From assembly GCA_900617105.1 (NCBI GenBank), contig UYFQ01000032.1, forward strand, positions 62,001 through 126,000: DNA of 64,000 nucleotides, read 5' to 3'. The notes under the pieces were generated by a model. The model saw only the letters and a list, made by a program, of their open reading frames with translations, searched no databases and had not been told where the DNA came from. Positions 18,890 through 28,964 of the stretch are shown in pieces. Position 1 is the stretch's first letter. Every line of letters begins with the position of its first letter. The stretch is from Hydrurus foetidus (Eukaryota). The translations under genes were made by a program, and so were the position numbers.

Positions 18890-19306
18890 TTAGAGTATTC
18901 CGGTCACTGCCACGGTGGCAGCAGTACCGCTGGGCCCGTTGAGCGTGCAATTCACCGTGGTACCTACGGGTACAGGAAGTGGCAACACACCGCCTCCCAC
19001 TGTGTAACCCGACGGCAAGCCGCCTTGCATTAGATTCTTGGCGTCTACACAGTCGGCAATCGGAACGCCTTTGCTCAAATTAACAGACCGCGCACCGTAG
19101 TTGATGGCCGAGGCCGACGAAATGGCGCCCGCCACACCTTTGGTAGCAGCGTCTTGCGCGTCAGCCTTTAAATCGACAAATTTGGGCAGGGCCACCGATG
19201 CCAGCACACCCAAAATGACAATCACCATGACCAATTCGATCAGCGTAAAGCCTCGCTGAGGTCGAGAAATACCGCCCCACTGAGAATAATGATCAAAAAT
19301 CTGCAT
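18890..19306 (-). CDS. Type IV prepilin, MSHA-like
   Basis: QRG|FTLIELVMVIVILGVLASVALPKFVDL; C-terminal Cys pair; start uncertain. Confidence 0.85.
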   Translation of the reverse strand: MQIFDHYSQWGGISRPQRGFTLIELVMVIVILGVLASVALPKFVDLKADAQDAATKGVAGAISSASAINYGARSVNLSKGVPIADCVDAKNLMQGGLPSGYTVGGGVLPLPVPVGTTVNCTLNGPSGTAATVAVTGIL

Positions 19307-19389
19307 AGGTAACAATTTGTTACTTGGCATCATATGCAGAATGAACAGCTTTGCAAATAGCTCAATAGGACTAGATGAAAAGGCCACCT

Positions 19390-19405
19390 CGGCACCAAAT
19401 TTGCT
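19390..19405 (+). promoter_or_regulatory. Putative sigma-54 -24/-12 promoter facing rmlB
   Basis: CGGCACCAAATTTGCT fits GGCAC-N5-TTGC. Confidence 0.5.
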
Positions 19406-19513
19406 GATGTTTCACCGTAGTCTGATCGGACTAACCACGGCGCGTCGGACTTAAACCGCAACTATCGACGGTGATAATTGGCCACGCTCTAGCGCTTCAG
19501 GGATTTATTCACA

Positions 19514-20590
19514 ATGACTATTCTGGTTACCGGCGGCGCCGGCTTTATTGGCAGCAACTTTGTTCTGGACTGGCTGGCTGGCTCCACCGAGACCGTGGTC
19601 AACCTGGACAAGCTGACCTACGCCGGCAACCTGCAAAACCTGGCATCGCTGAGCGGCAACCCGCACCATGTGTTTGTGCAGGGCGACTTTGGCGACACGG
19701 CCCTGGTCAACCAGCTGCTGGCCACGCACCAGCCCCGCGCCATCCTCAACTTTGCGGCCGAGAGCCACGTAGACCGCTCCATCAGCGGGCCTGGCGAGTT
19801 CATTCAGACCAACATCGTGAGCACCTTCCAGCTGTTGGAGTGCGTTCGGGCTTACTGGGGTGGGCTGGGGGCAGATTCCAAAACAGCCTTTCGCTTCTTG
19901 CATGTGTCTACCGACGAGGTGTACGGATCGCTGAGCAAAACCGACCCGGCCTTTACCGAGAACAACAAATACGAGCCCAACAGCCCCTACAGCGCCAGCA
20001 AGGCCGCCAGCGACCACCTGGTGCGCGCCTACCACCACACCTACGGCCTGCCGGTGCTGACCACCAATTGCTCTAACAACTACGGCCCTTTTCACTTCCC
20101 CGAAAAGCTGATCCCGCTGATGATTGTGAACGCGCAGGCGGGCAAGCCGCTGCCGGTGTACGGCGATGGCCAACAGGTGCGTGATTGGCTGTACGTGAAA
20201 GACCATTGCAGCGCCATACGCCGCGTGCTGGAAGCCGGCACGGTGGGCGAGGTGTACAACGTGGGCGGCTGGAATGAGAAGCCCAACCTGGACATCGTGC
20301 ACACCGTGTGCGCGCTGTTAGATGAGCTGATGCCCCGCGCCGATGGCAAGCCCTACCAAGAGCAGATTACCTACGTGACCGACCGCCCCGGCCACGACCG
20401 CCGCTACGCCATAGACGCGCGCAAGATTGAGAGCCAGCTGGGCTGGAAGCCCGCCGAAACCTTTGAGTCCGGCATCCGCAAAACCGTGCAGTGGTACCTG
20501 GACAACCCCGAGTGGGTGGCCAATGTGCAAAGCGGTGGTTACAAAGACTGGGTGGCTCAGCAATACGGCTCGGACAAGGCGGTCGCATGA
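19514..20590 (+). CDS. rmlB: dTDP-glucose 4,6-dehydratase
   Basis: [36 protein letters not shown]. Confidence 0.96.
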   Translation: MTILVTGGAGFIGSNFVLDWLAGSTETVVNLDKLTYAGNLQNLASLSGNPHHVFVQGDFGDTALVNQLLATHQPRAILNFAAESHVDRSISGPGEFIQTNIVSTFQLLECVRAYWGGLGADSKTAFRFLHVSTDEVYGSLSKTDPAFTENNKYEPNSPYSASKAASDHLVRAYHHTYGLPVLTTNCSNNYGPFHFPEKLIPLMIVNAQAGKPLPVYGDGQQVRDWLYVKDHCSAIRRVLEAGTVGEVYNVGGWNEKPNLDIVHTVCALLDELMPRADGKPYQEQITYVTDRPGHDRRYAIDARKIESQLGWKPAETFESGIRKTVQWYLDNPEWVANVQSGGYKDWVAQQYGSDKAVA

Positions 20591-21495
20591 AGGTGCTGCT
20601 GCTGGGCCGTGGCGGCCAGGTGGGCTGGGAGCTACAACGCAGCCTCTCGGTTCTAGGCGAGGTGGTGGCGCTGGACTTTGACCCCGCCCACAACCCCGAT
20701 GGCCTGTGTGGAGACTTCACCAACCTGGCCGGCTTGGCAGAGACGCTGCAACGCGTGCAGCCGCAAATGATTGTGAATGCCGCCGCCCACACGGCAGTCG
20801 ACAAGGCCGAGAGCGAACCCGGTCTTGCAAGGCTGATTAACGCTGAGGCCCCCGCCGTACTTGCGCAAGCCGCTACAAAATTAGGAGCATGGTTGGTGCA
20901 CTACAGCACCGACTATGTCTTTGACGGCAGTGGTTCCACGCCATGGAAAGAAACCGATACGACAGGCCCTTTGAGCGTGTATGGCCAAACCAAGCTGGAA
21001 GGCGAACAGGCTGTGGCCAGCACCCCCAAGCATTTGATTTTGCGCACCAGCTGGGTGTATGCCGCACGCGGTGGCAACTTTGCCAAGACCATGCTGCGCC
21101 TGGCCGGTGAGCGCGAAGCCCTAAATGTGATTGACGACCAGGTGGGCGCGCCCACGTCAGCCGAGCTGCTGGCCGATGTGACGGCCCACGCGCTGCGCAT
21201 GGCACACGCCAACCCACCACTCGCAGGCCTGTACCACTGCGCGGCGGGTGGTGAGACCACTTGGTATGGCTACTGCCGCTTTGTGCTGGAACAGGCGCAA
21301 GCGCTGGGCTGGACCTTAAAAGCAGGCCCGGCGCAGGTGTCCCCCATTGCCACCGCCAGCTACCCCACACCCGCCAGGCGCCCGCTCAATTCACGCCTTA
21401 ACACTGCCAAGCTGCAAAGCGCCTTGGGTCTGACGCTGCCGCACTGGCAGTTGGGCGTGGCCCGCATGCTGACCGAAATTACAGGGAAACAATAA
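20587..21495 (+). CDS. rmlD: dTDP-4-dehydrorhamnose reductase
   Basis: [36 protein letters not shown] overlap. Confidence 0.95.
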   Translation: MKVLLLGRGGQVGWELQRSLSVLGEVVALDFDPAHNPDGLCGDFTNLAGLAETLQRVQPQMIVNAAAHTAVDKAESEPGLARLINAEAPAVLAQAATKLGAWLVHYSTDYVFDGSGSTPWKETDTTGPLSVYGQTKLEGEQAVASTPKHLILRTSWVYAARGGNFAKTMLRLAGEREALNVIDDQVGAPTSAELLADVTAHALRMAHANPPLAGLYHCAAGGETTWYGYCRFVLEQAQALGWTLKAGPAQVSPIATASYPTPARRPLNSRLNTAKLQSALGLTLPHWQLGVARMLTEITGKQ

Positions 21496-21497
21496 CC

Positions 21498-22412
21498 ATG
21501 CCTCCATCGAGCAAACCCAACCCAAACCCCACCGGCCGCAAAGGCATCGTCCTGGCGGGTGGTAGTGGCACCCGCCTCTACCCTGCCACGCAGGCCGTTA
21601 GCAAACAGCTGCTACCGATCTACGACAAGCCGATGATTTACTACCCCCTGAGCGCGCTGCTGCTGGCGGGTATCAAAGAGGTGCTGGTGATATCGACCCC
21701 GCAAGACACGCCGCGCTTTGAGCAGCTACTGGGCGATGGAAACCAATGGGGGATTCAAATTACCTATGCGGTGCAGCCATCCCCTGATGGCCTGGCGCAG
21801 GCTTTTTTGATCGGCGAAGCGTTTCTGGATGGCGCACCCAGCGCGCTGGTACTGGGCGACAACATTTTTTACGGCCATGATTTTGGTGGCTTGCTGGAAA
21901 GCGCCACGCAGCAAACCAGTGGCGCCACCGTGTTCGCTTACGCCGTGCAAGACCCGGAGCGCTATGGCGTGGTGGAGTTCGATGCGGAGGGCCGTGCGAT
22001 CAGCTTGGAAGAAAAGCCCACAGTACCCAAGTCGCGCTATGCGGTGACGGGGCTGTATTTTTATGATTCTCAAGTGGTGGAGCTGGCCAAACAAGTCAAG
22101 CCGTCGGCGCGCGGGGAGCTGGAGATCACCGACCTGAACCGTATGTACCTGGAGCGCGGCCAACTGGACGTTCAAACCATGGGCCGTGGCTACGCATGGC
22201 TGGACACGGGGACGCACGAGTCCATGCTGGAAGCCAGCCAGTTCATTTACACCATTGAAAACCGGCAGGGGCTGAAAGTGGCCGCCCCAGAAGAAATCGC
22301 CTGGCGCAGCGGTTGGATTGACGATGCACAGCTACAAAGACTGGCACAACCACTCGCCAAGTCGGGCTACGGCCAATACCTGCTTCGCCTGCTCAAAGAC
22401 AAGGTGTATTGA
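21498..22412 (+). CDS. rmlA: Glucose-1-phosphate thymidylyltransferase
   Basis: [37 protein letters not shown]. Confidence 0.96.
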   Translation: MPPSSKPNPNPTGRKGIVLAGGSGTRLYPATQAVSKQLLPIYDKPMIYYPLSALLLAGIKEVLVISTPQDTPRFEQLLGDGNQWGIQITYAVQPSPDGLAQAFLIGEAFLDGAPSALVLGDNIFYGHDFGGLLESATQQTSGATVFAYAVQDPERYGVVEFDAEGRAISLEEKPTVPKSRYAVTGLYFYDSQVVELAKQVKPSARGELEITDLNRMYLERGQLDVQTMGRGYAWLDTGTHESMLEASQFIYTIENRQGLKVAAPEEIAWRSGWIDDAQLQRLAQPLAKSGYGQYLLRLLKDKVY

Positions 22413-22963
22413 TGAAAGTAACGCCTACGGCCATTGCCGATGTGTTTCTGCTGGAACCCCAAGTGTTTGGCGACGAGCGCGGTTTCTTCTACGAAAGCTT
22501 TAACGAGCGCGTGTTTCGTGAGGCTACGGGGGTAACGCTGCCGTTTGTGCAGGACAACCACTCCAAGTCTGCGCAAGGCGTATTGCGCGGCTTGCACTAC
22601 CAACTCAAACACGCACAGGGAAAATTGGTGCGCGTAGTAGCTGGAGAAGTCTTTGATGTGATTGTGGACATCCGCCCGAAATCGCCTACCTTTGGGGTTT
22701 CAGTGGGCGAAGTCCTGTCGGGCAACAACAAGCGTCAGCTCTGGGTTCCGCCGGGCTTGGCCCACGGCTTTCTTGTACTGTCCGATTGCGCAGAGTTTTT
22801 ATATAAAACCACCGACTACTACGCCCCGGAATTTGAACGCTGCATCGCCTGGAACGACCCAACATTGGCCATCTCTTGGCCGACCATGGCCCATCCCCCC
22901 AAACTGTCCGCCAAGGACGCAGCTGGCACGCTGTTCGCGCAGGCCCAACTGAGCTTGGGCTAA
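22412..22963 (+). CDS. rmlC: dTDP-4-dehydrorhamnose 3,5-epimerase
   Basis: GDERGFF, QDNHS, LRGLHYQ, GLAHGF. Confidence 0.95.
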   Translation: MKVTPTAIADVFLLEPQVFGDERGFFYESFNERVFREATGVTLPFVQDNHSKSAQGVLRGLHYQLKHAQGKLVRVVAGEVFDVIVDIRPKSPTFGVSVGEVLSGNNKRQLWVPPGLAHGFLVLSDCAEFLYKTTDYYAPEFERCIAWNDPTLAISWPTMAHPPKLSAKDAAGTLFAQAQLSLG

Positions 22964-23007
22964 GTGCATGGGCGGCGGAGGCCTAAAATCGTATATCCTA
23001 GTTGGCT

Positions 23008-24738
23008 ATGGCGTCTGCTGATACTCTGAACCGTGATACTGCCACCGTAGCCCTGCCCGGGATAGGCCGCGCCTTGGTCGCCGCTGGCAAGCTGGGGCAG
23101 AAAGCTGCCGAAGAGATTTACCACAAAGCGGTGGGCGGTAAAAACAGCTTCATGGCCGAGCTGGTGGGCTCCGGTTCGGTGTCTCCGGCAGACTTGGCGT
23201 CTACATTGTCCCAAGCTTTTGCGGCTCCTCTGGTCGACTTGGATGCAGTGGACATGCATCGCCTGCCCCAAGGGCTACTCGATCCCAAGATATGCGCAGA
23301 CTTCCGTGTGCTCGTATTGAGCAAACGCGGTAACCGCCTGATCATCGCCACCGCCGATCCATCAGACCAAGCGGCTGCGGAGCGCATCAAGTTTTCTACC
23401 CAGATGGGGTTTGACTGGGTCATTGCCGAATACGACAAGCTATCCAAGTTGGTCGACGCCAACGCGACTACCGCCACCGAGGCGATGGAAGACATTATTG
23501 GCGGCGACTTTGAGTTCGACGAGACCGCCACAGAGGCTGTGGCAGAAACGACCAACAACACGGCAGAAGTGGAGGACGCTCCCGTCGTTCGTTTCCTGCA
23601 CAAGATGTTGATGGACGCCTTCAGCATGCGTGCGTCGGACTTGCACTTTGAGCCCTATGAGCACACCTACCGGGTACGTTTTCGGATCGACGGTGAGCTG
23701 CGCGAAATAGCCAGCCCGCCGATCGCCATCAAAGACAAGCTCGCATCGCGGATCAAAGTGATCTCGCGCATGGACATCTCGGAGAAGCGTGTGCCGCAGG
23801 ACGGGCGCATGAAGCTCAAGGTCGGCGCTGACCGGGTGATCGATTTCCGGGTCAGCACCCTGCCCACCTTGTTTGGCGAAAAGATCGTGATCCGGATTCT
23901 GGATCCGAGCAGCGCCAAGCTGGGTATTGACGCGCTGGGCTATGAGGCCGAAGAAAAAGAACGGCTGATCAAGGCTATTGGCCGGCCCTACGGCATGATT
24001 TTGGTAACCGGCCCTACGGGTTCCGGTAAAACCGTGTCGCTGTACACCTGCCTGAACATGCTGAACCAGCCCGGCGTCAATATCGCCACGGCGGAAGACC
24101 CATCGGAAATCAACTTGCCTGGCGTGAACCAGGTGAACGTGAATGAGAAGGCGGGGCTGACCTTTGCCGCTGCACTCAAGTCTTTCTTGCGCCAAGATCC
24201 CGACATCATCATGGTGGGGGAAATTCGCGACCTGGAAACTGCCGATATCTCCATCAAGGCAGCGCAAACTGGACACTTGGTGTTGTCCACCCTGCATACG
24301 AATGACGCCCCCACGACGCTGACGCGTATGCGCAATATGGGCATTCAGCCTTTCAATATTGCGTCCAGCGTGATATTGATCACGGCGCAACGCTTGGCTC
24401 GCCGTTTGTGCCTGAATTGCAAACAGTTGGCGGATGTACCAAAACAGGCTTTGTTGGATGCTGGCTTCAAAGACAGCGATCTAGATGGCAGCTGGAAGCC
24501 TTACCGCGCAGTGGGATGCTCTATGTGTAACAACGGTTACAAAGGCCGCCTCGGTATTTACCAGGTGATGCCTATCAGCGATGAAATTCAGCGCATCATC
24601 CTGCGCGATGGCAGCGCCATGGATATTGCGGCGCAGTCAGAGCTTGAAGGCGTGCGATCGCTGCGCAAGGCAGGCTTGCACAAGGTGAAATTGGGGCTGA
24701 CTTCGTTGGAAGAAGTGCTGGCCGTCACCAACGAATAA
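23008..24738 (+). CDS. pilB: Type IV pilus assembly ATPase
   Basis: GPTGSGKT, LRQDPDIIMVGEIRD, STLHTND, Cys4 motif. Confidence 0.95.
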   Translation: MASADTLNRDTATVALPGIGRALVAAGKLGQKAAEEIYHKAVGGKNSFMAELVGSGSVSPADLASTLSQAFAAPLVDLDAVDMHRLPQGLLDPKICADFRVLVLSKRGNRLIIATADPSDQAAAERIKFSTQMGFDWVIAEYDKLSKLVDANATTATEAMEDIIGGDFEFDETATEAVAETTNNTAEVEDAPVVRFLHKMLMDAFSMRASDLHFEPYEHTYRVRFRIDGELREIASPPIAIKDKLASRIKVISRMDISEKRVPQDGRMKLKVGADRVIDFRVSTLPTLFGEKIVIRILDPSSAKLGIDALGYEAEEKERLIKAIGRPYGMILVTGPTGSGKTVSLYTCLNMLNQPGVNIATAEDPSEINLPGVNQVNVNEKAGLTFAAALKSFLRQDPDIIMVGEIRDLETADISIKAAQTGHLVLSTLHTNDAPTTLTRMRNMGIQPFNIASSVILITAQRLARRLCLNCKQLADVPKQALLDAGFKDSDLDGSWKPYRAVGCSMCNNGYKGRLGIYQVMPISDEIQRIILRDGSAMDIAAQSELEGVRSLRKAGLHKVKLGLTSLEEVLAVTNE

Positions 24739-24757
24739 AAACCACCCAGGGGATCCT

Positions 24758-25975
24758 ATGGCTACAGCAAAACCTGCTGGCAACAAAGACGCAGTTTTCG
24801 AGTGGGAAGGCAAAGACCGCAACGGCAAGCAGGTGCGCGGGGAAATGCGTGCGGCGGGTGAAAACCAGGTCAAGTCGTCACTGCGCCGCCAAGGCGTGAC
24901 CCCGAGCAAGATCAAGAAGCGCCGCATGCGCTCTGGCAAGAGCATCAAGCCCAAAGACCTGGCAATTTTCACGCGCCAATTGGCCACGATGATGAAAGCC
25001 GGCGTACCGCTGTTGCAGGCGTTTGACATTGTGGGACGGGGCAACCCGAACCCCAGCGTGACCAAGCTGCTCAACGATATTCGTCAGGATGTGGAAACAG
25101 GCACGTCCTTGAACGCGGCCTTCCGCAAGTTTCCGCTGTACTTTGACAACCTGTATTGCAACTTGGTCGAGGCGGGTGAGTCGGCGGGTATTCTGGACCA
25201 GTTGCTGGACCGGCTCGCTGTTTACATGGAGAAGACCGAGGCCATCAAGTCCAAAATCAAGGCCGCTCTGATGTACCCCATCGCGGTGCTGGTGGTCGCT
25301 TTTGTCGTGGTGTCGGTGATCATGATTTTTGTGATCCCGTCGTTTAAGCAAGTCTTTTCATCATTCGGTGGAGAGTTGCCAGCCCCCACCTTGGTGGTGA
25401 TTGCGATGAGTGAGTTTTTTATCAGCTATTGGTATTTGATTTTTGGCGGCATTGGTGGCGGCTTGTATTTCTTTTTACAAGCCTGGAAACGCAATGAAAA
25501 AGTACAGGCCTTTATGGATAGGGTAATGCTCAAGCTCCCTATATTTGGTGTGATGGTCGACAAGAGCTGCGTGGCCCGCTGGACGCGAACACTGTCCACC
25601 ATGTTCGCCGCTGGGGTCCCCTTGGTCGAGGCACTGGACTCCGTAGGCGGCGCATCGGGCAATATCGTTTACCAATTGGCAACCCAGAAAATCCAGCAGG
25701 AAGTTTCGACCGGCACGGCATTGACAGCCGCCATGTCCAATGTCAATTTGTTCCCCAGCATGGTGCTGCAGATGTGCGCCATTGGTGAAGAGTCGGGGTC
25801 GATTGACCACATGCTAGGCAAAGCGGCTGACTTCTACGAAGCCGAAGTAGACGATATGGTTGCCGGGATTTCCAGCCTGATGGAGCCCATCATCATTGTG
25901 GTGCTGGGCACCATCATTGGCGGCATCGTGGTCTCCATGTATCTGCCTATTTTCAAACTGGGACAAGTGGTTTGA
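24758..25975 (+). CDS. pilC: Type IV pilus platform protein
   Basis: FTRQLATMMKAGVP, AGESAG, IGEESG. Confidence 0.95.
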   Translation: MATAKPAGNKDAVFEWEGKDRNGKQVRGEMRAAGENQVKSSLRRQGVTPSKIKKRRMRSGKSIKPKDLAIFTRQLATMMKAGVPLLQAFDIVGRGNPNPSVTKLLNDIRQDVETGTSLNAAFRKFPLYFDNLYCNLVEAGESAGILDQLLDRLAVYMEKTEAIKSKIKAALMYPIAVLVVAFVVVSVIMIFVIPSFKQVFSSFGGELPAPTLVVIAMSEFFISYWYLIFGGIGGGLYFFLQAWKRNEKVQAFMDRVMLKLPIFGVMVDKSCVARWTRTLSTMFAAGVPLVEALDSVGGASGNIVYQLATQKIQQEVSTGTALTAAMSNVNLFPSMVLQMCAIGEESGSIDHMLGKAADFYEAEVDDMVAGISSLMEPIIIVVLGTIIGGIVVSMYLPIFKLGQVV

Positions 25976-26820
25976 TGTTGAGTGGTGTGCAATGGCTGGA
26001 TGCCAGCCTCGTCGGGTTTTTAGGGCTCCTATTTGGCAGTTTTCTCAATGTGGTGGTCTACCGTTTGCCCAAAATGATGGAGCAACAGTGGGCCGCTGAA
26101 TGCGCTGAGATTTCCGGAAAAGAAACGGCGGAGTCACCTCCTTTCAACCTGATGGTGCCGCGCTCGCGCTGCCCCCACTGTGGTCACACCATACGCTGGT
26201 TCGAAAATATTCCTGTCGTCAGCTACTTGGCATTAGGAGGCAAGTGTTCTGCTTGCAAGGCGGCTATCAGTCCGCGCTACCCACTGGTAGAGCTGGCTAC
26301 TGGTGGCCTGTTCTTCTGGTGCGCGTGGCAGTGGGGCGCGAGCGCTACGGGCCTCGCTTGGTGCGCCTTCTGCGCCATGCTGCTGGCCTTGGCGCTGATC
26401 GACTGGGACACCACGCTTCTGCCAGATGACATCACCCTGCCCTTGCTGTGGCTGGGTCTGATCGCTGCCGCGCTGCAATGGACCTCTGTACCGCTGAGCA
26501 CTTCGCTATGGGGCGCGGTGGCGGGCTATTTGTCGTTGTGGAGCATTTACTGGGTCTTCAAACTGGTGACCGGCAAAGAGGGTATGGGCTACGGTGATTT
26601 CAAGCTGTTTGCAGCGTTGGGCGCCTGGTTTGGGTGGCCTTTGCTCATTCCCATCATTTTGTTGGCCTCGGTCATTGGTGCCATCGTGGGCATTGGCATG
26701 AAGTTCACCAGCGGGCTGCGAGAAGGCGGTTATGTGCCGTTTGGCCCGTTTCTGGCCGGTGCAGGTCTGACGGCATTGCTGCTAGGCCCTCAAGTGATGC
26801 GCCAGGCCGTAGGGCTGTGA
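25975..26820 (+). CDS. pilD: Prepilin peptidase/N-methyltransferase
   Basis: GSFLNVVVYRLP, two CxxC, GMGYGDFKL, PFGPFL. Confidence 0.95.
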   Translation: MLSGVQWLDASLVGFLGLLFGSFLNVVVYRLPKMMEQQWAAECAEISGKETAESPPFNLMVPRSRCPHCGHTIRWFENIPVVSYLALGGKCSACKAAISPRYPLVELATGGLFFWCAWQWGASATGLAWCAFCAMLLALALIDWDTTLLPDDITLPLLWLGLIAAALQWTSVPLSTSLWGAVAGYLSLWSIYWVFKLVTGKEGMGYGDFKLFAALGAWFGWPLLIPIILLASVIGAIVGIGMKFTSGLREGGYVPFGPFLAGAGLTALLLGPQVMRQAVGL

Positions 26821-26825
26821 AACGA

Positions 26826-27434
26826 ATGTCCAATGCCCTGCGCTTGGGCCTCACAGGGGGCATAGGCAGCGGCAAAAGTACGGTAGCAGCCATGCTGGCA
26901 AGCATGGGCGCTACCGTGATCGATGCCGATGCTTTGGCCCGTGCAACCACCGCCGCTAACGGCGCTGCCATCCCCCAGGTTATTTCCGACTTCGGCCCTG
27001 CCATGCTGACCGGCGAGGGGGCTTTGGACCGCGACAAGATGCGCCAATTGGCCTTTGCCGATCCGGCTGCCCGAGCTCGGCTCGAAGCCATTGTTCACCC
27101 CCTGGTCGGGCAGGCCATCGACCAGGCTACGCAGGCCGCCACAGCGGCGGGCACGACGTGCATCGTTTACGACATTCCCTTGCTGGTCGAGTCCGCGCAC
27201 TGGCGGCGCAACCTGTCACGGGTGCTGGTGGTCGACTGCCGCCCCGAGACGCAGATCTTGCGAGTGATGGCCCGCAACAGCCTGAGCGAGACCGAAGTGA
27301 CCCGGATCATCGCGGCCCAGGCGCCTCGCATTCAACGCCTGCGGGCCGCGGACGCCGTGGTCTTCAACGATGGCATCTCGCTGGCCGAACTTGCGGTTCA
27401 AGTGCAGCAAATTGGTCAACAGTTCGGGCTATGA
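26826..27434 (+). CDS. coaE: Dephospho-CoA kinase
   Basis: GLTGGIGSGKST, DIPLLVE; pilD-coaE-zapD-yacG order. Confidence 0.93.
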   Translation: MSNALRLGLTGGIGSGKSTVAAMLASMGATVIDADALARATTAANGAAIPQVISDFGPAMLTGEGALDRDKMRQLAFADPAARARLEAIVHPLVGQAIDQATQAATAAGTTCIVYDIPLLVESAHWRRNLSRVLVVDCRPETQILRVMARNSLSETEVTRIIAAQAPRIQRLRAADAVVFNDGISLAELAVQVQQIGQQFGL

Positions 27435-27456
27435 TTCGGCGACCGGAAAATACAGC

Positions 27457-28212
27457 GTGATCCTCTACGAATACCCCTTCAACGAACGCATTCGCACCTA
27501 TTTGCGACTCGAACATTTGTTTCTGCGTTTGGCAGAACTCATGTCGCGATCCGAACCACTGGACCACCATTTCGCGCTGACCACCATTTTTGAAGTGATG
27601 GATGTGGGCGCCCGCGCAGACCTGAAATCCGATGTCCTCAAAGACCTGGACAAGCAGAAGCAGGTACTCAATGGCTATCGGGGCAATCCCGCTATTGCCG
27701 AGGGCGTACTGGACAAGGTCATTGCGCAGCTGGACCGCTGCTTTTCGTCCCTGAACAGCCTCACCGGCAAGTCAGGGCAGTCGCTGACTGAAAACGATTG
27801 GCTCATGAGCATCCGCAGCCGCATTGGCATCCCCGGCGGAACTTGCGAATTTGATTTGCCTGCGTACTACGCGTGGCAGCACCGCGATGTGGCAACCCGT
27901 CAGGCCGATCTGCAGCGCTGGGCATCCACTTTGGCGCCGCTGGCCGAATCGATCCATTTGCTGCTGAAAATGCTGCGCGATTCTGGCGCCCCCCAAAAGG
28001 TAGTGGCAGTAGGCGGCCAATTCCAGCAGAACTTGCCACAAGGACGCACCTTCCAGCTGCTGCGACTGGCCCTGGACCCTGCGCAGCAGATGATTCCCGA
28101 AATCAGCGGCAACCGCCTGATGGTGTCGATTCGCCTGATGCGCCACGACGCGGACGACCGCCTTCACTCGAGCGGGGAAGATGGCGCGTTCGAACTGACG
28201 CTCTGTTCTTGA
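27457..28212 (+). CDS. zapD: Cell division protein ZapD
   Basis: YEYPFNERIRTYLRLE, PGGTCEFDLP. Confidence 0.92.
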   Translation: MILYEYPFNERIRTYLRLEHLFLRLAELMSRSEPLDHHFALTTIFEVMDVGARADLKSDVLKDLDKQKQVLNGYRGNPAIAEGVLDKVIAQLDRCFSSLNSLTGKSGQSLTENDWLMSIRSRIGIPGGTCEFDLPAYYAWQHRDVATRQADLQRWASTLAPLAESIHLLLKMLRDSGAPQKVVAVGGQFQQNLPQGRTFQLLRLALDPAQQMIPEISGNRLMVSIRLMRHDADDRLHSSGEDGAFELTLCS

Positions 28213-28229
28213 GTTGAGGTTGGCAGGCC

Positions 28230-28433
28230 ATGGCCCACGCGGATAAACCCAAAATCGTGCGCTGCCCGCAATGTGGCGGCGACAGCATTTACGGCCCCAG
28301 CAATGCCTATCGGCCATTTTGCGGCGAGCGTTGTAAAAACCTGGATTTGGGCGCCTGGGCCAGCGAATCATTCCGGGTCCCCACCGAGGCTCCGCCTGAC
28401 GACCAGGTGTTTGGCGACGCCAAGCTCCAATAG
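28230..28433 (+). CDS. yacG: DNA gyrase inhibitor YacG
   Basis: CPQCG...[17 protein letters not shown]. Confidence 0.92.
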   Translation: MAHADKPKIVRCPQCGGDSIYGPSNAYRPFCGERCKNLDLGAWASESFRVPTEAPPDDQVFGDAKLQ

Positions 28434-28449
28434 GCTTTTGCGCCCGCAA

Positions 28450-28513
28450 TAGAGGCCAAATAGGCCTCTAGCCCCCTAGGAATCTGCGCCAGCAGCTATG
28501 AAATATGTAGCAC
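28450..28513 (-). repeat. ~62-bp interspersed repeat, copy 5 (overlaps NUDIX 3' end)
   Basis: rc: GCTA CATATTTCA TAGC TGCTGGCGCA GATTCCTAG GGGGCTAGAGGCC. Confidence 0.85.
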
Positions 28514-28964
28514 CTTGGTGCGCACGTTCGATGGCAAACCAGTCCAGCACGGGTACCGTCCCCGGCAGTACAGGCTGCACTTGCACAGGCAGTTGCTCCC
28601 AGGAGCAGGTCTGTGCCTCGCGCATCTGCATCTCACCTGACCAGTCAAATACCTTGCAGAAGTGCAGGCGCACCAAGGCGTGCGGATAGTCGACCAGTTC
28701 CACTTTCCAAGGCGTTGCAGCGCCGATCGTGATGCCAATTTCTTCCTGCAGCTCACGGCGTAACGCTTGTTCCACGGTCTCACCGGCTTCCAGCTTGCCG
28801 CCGGGAAATTCCCAGTAGCCCGCATAGACTTTGCCAACAGGGCGGGACGTCAACAGAAAAGCGCCATCGCCACGTAGCAAGACGCCCACCGCCACATCCA
28901 CGACCTTGCGATCAGGGCCACCAGCCCGCGCGGCACTGGGGTCGGCTACCAGTGGTTGACTCAT
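28476..28964 (-). CDS. MutT-like NUDIX hydrolase
   Basis: WEFPGGKLEAGETVEQALRRELQEEIG. Confidence 0.9.
   Translation of the reverse strand: MSQPLVADPSAARAGGPDRKVVDVAVGVLLRGDGAFLLTSRPVGKVYAGYWEFPGGKLEAGETVEQALRRELQEEIGITIGAATPWKVELVDYPHALVRLHFCKVFDWSGEMQMREAQTCSWEQLPVQVQPVLPGTVPVLDWFAIERAHQGATYFIAAGADS

Noticed and set aside
19478..19494. Second GG-N10-GC sigma-54-like motif
   Set aside because: Lacks the GGCAC and TTGC consensus and lies very close to the rmlB start
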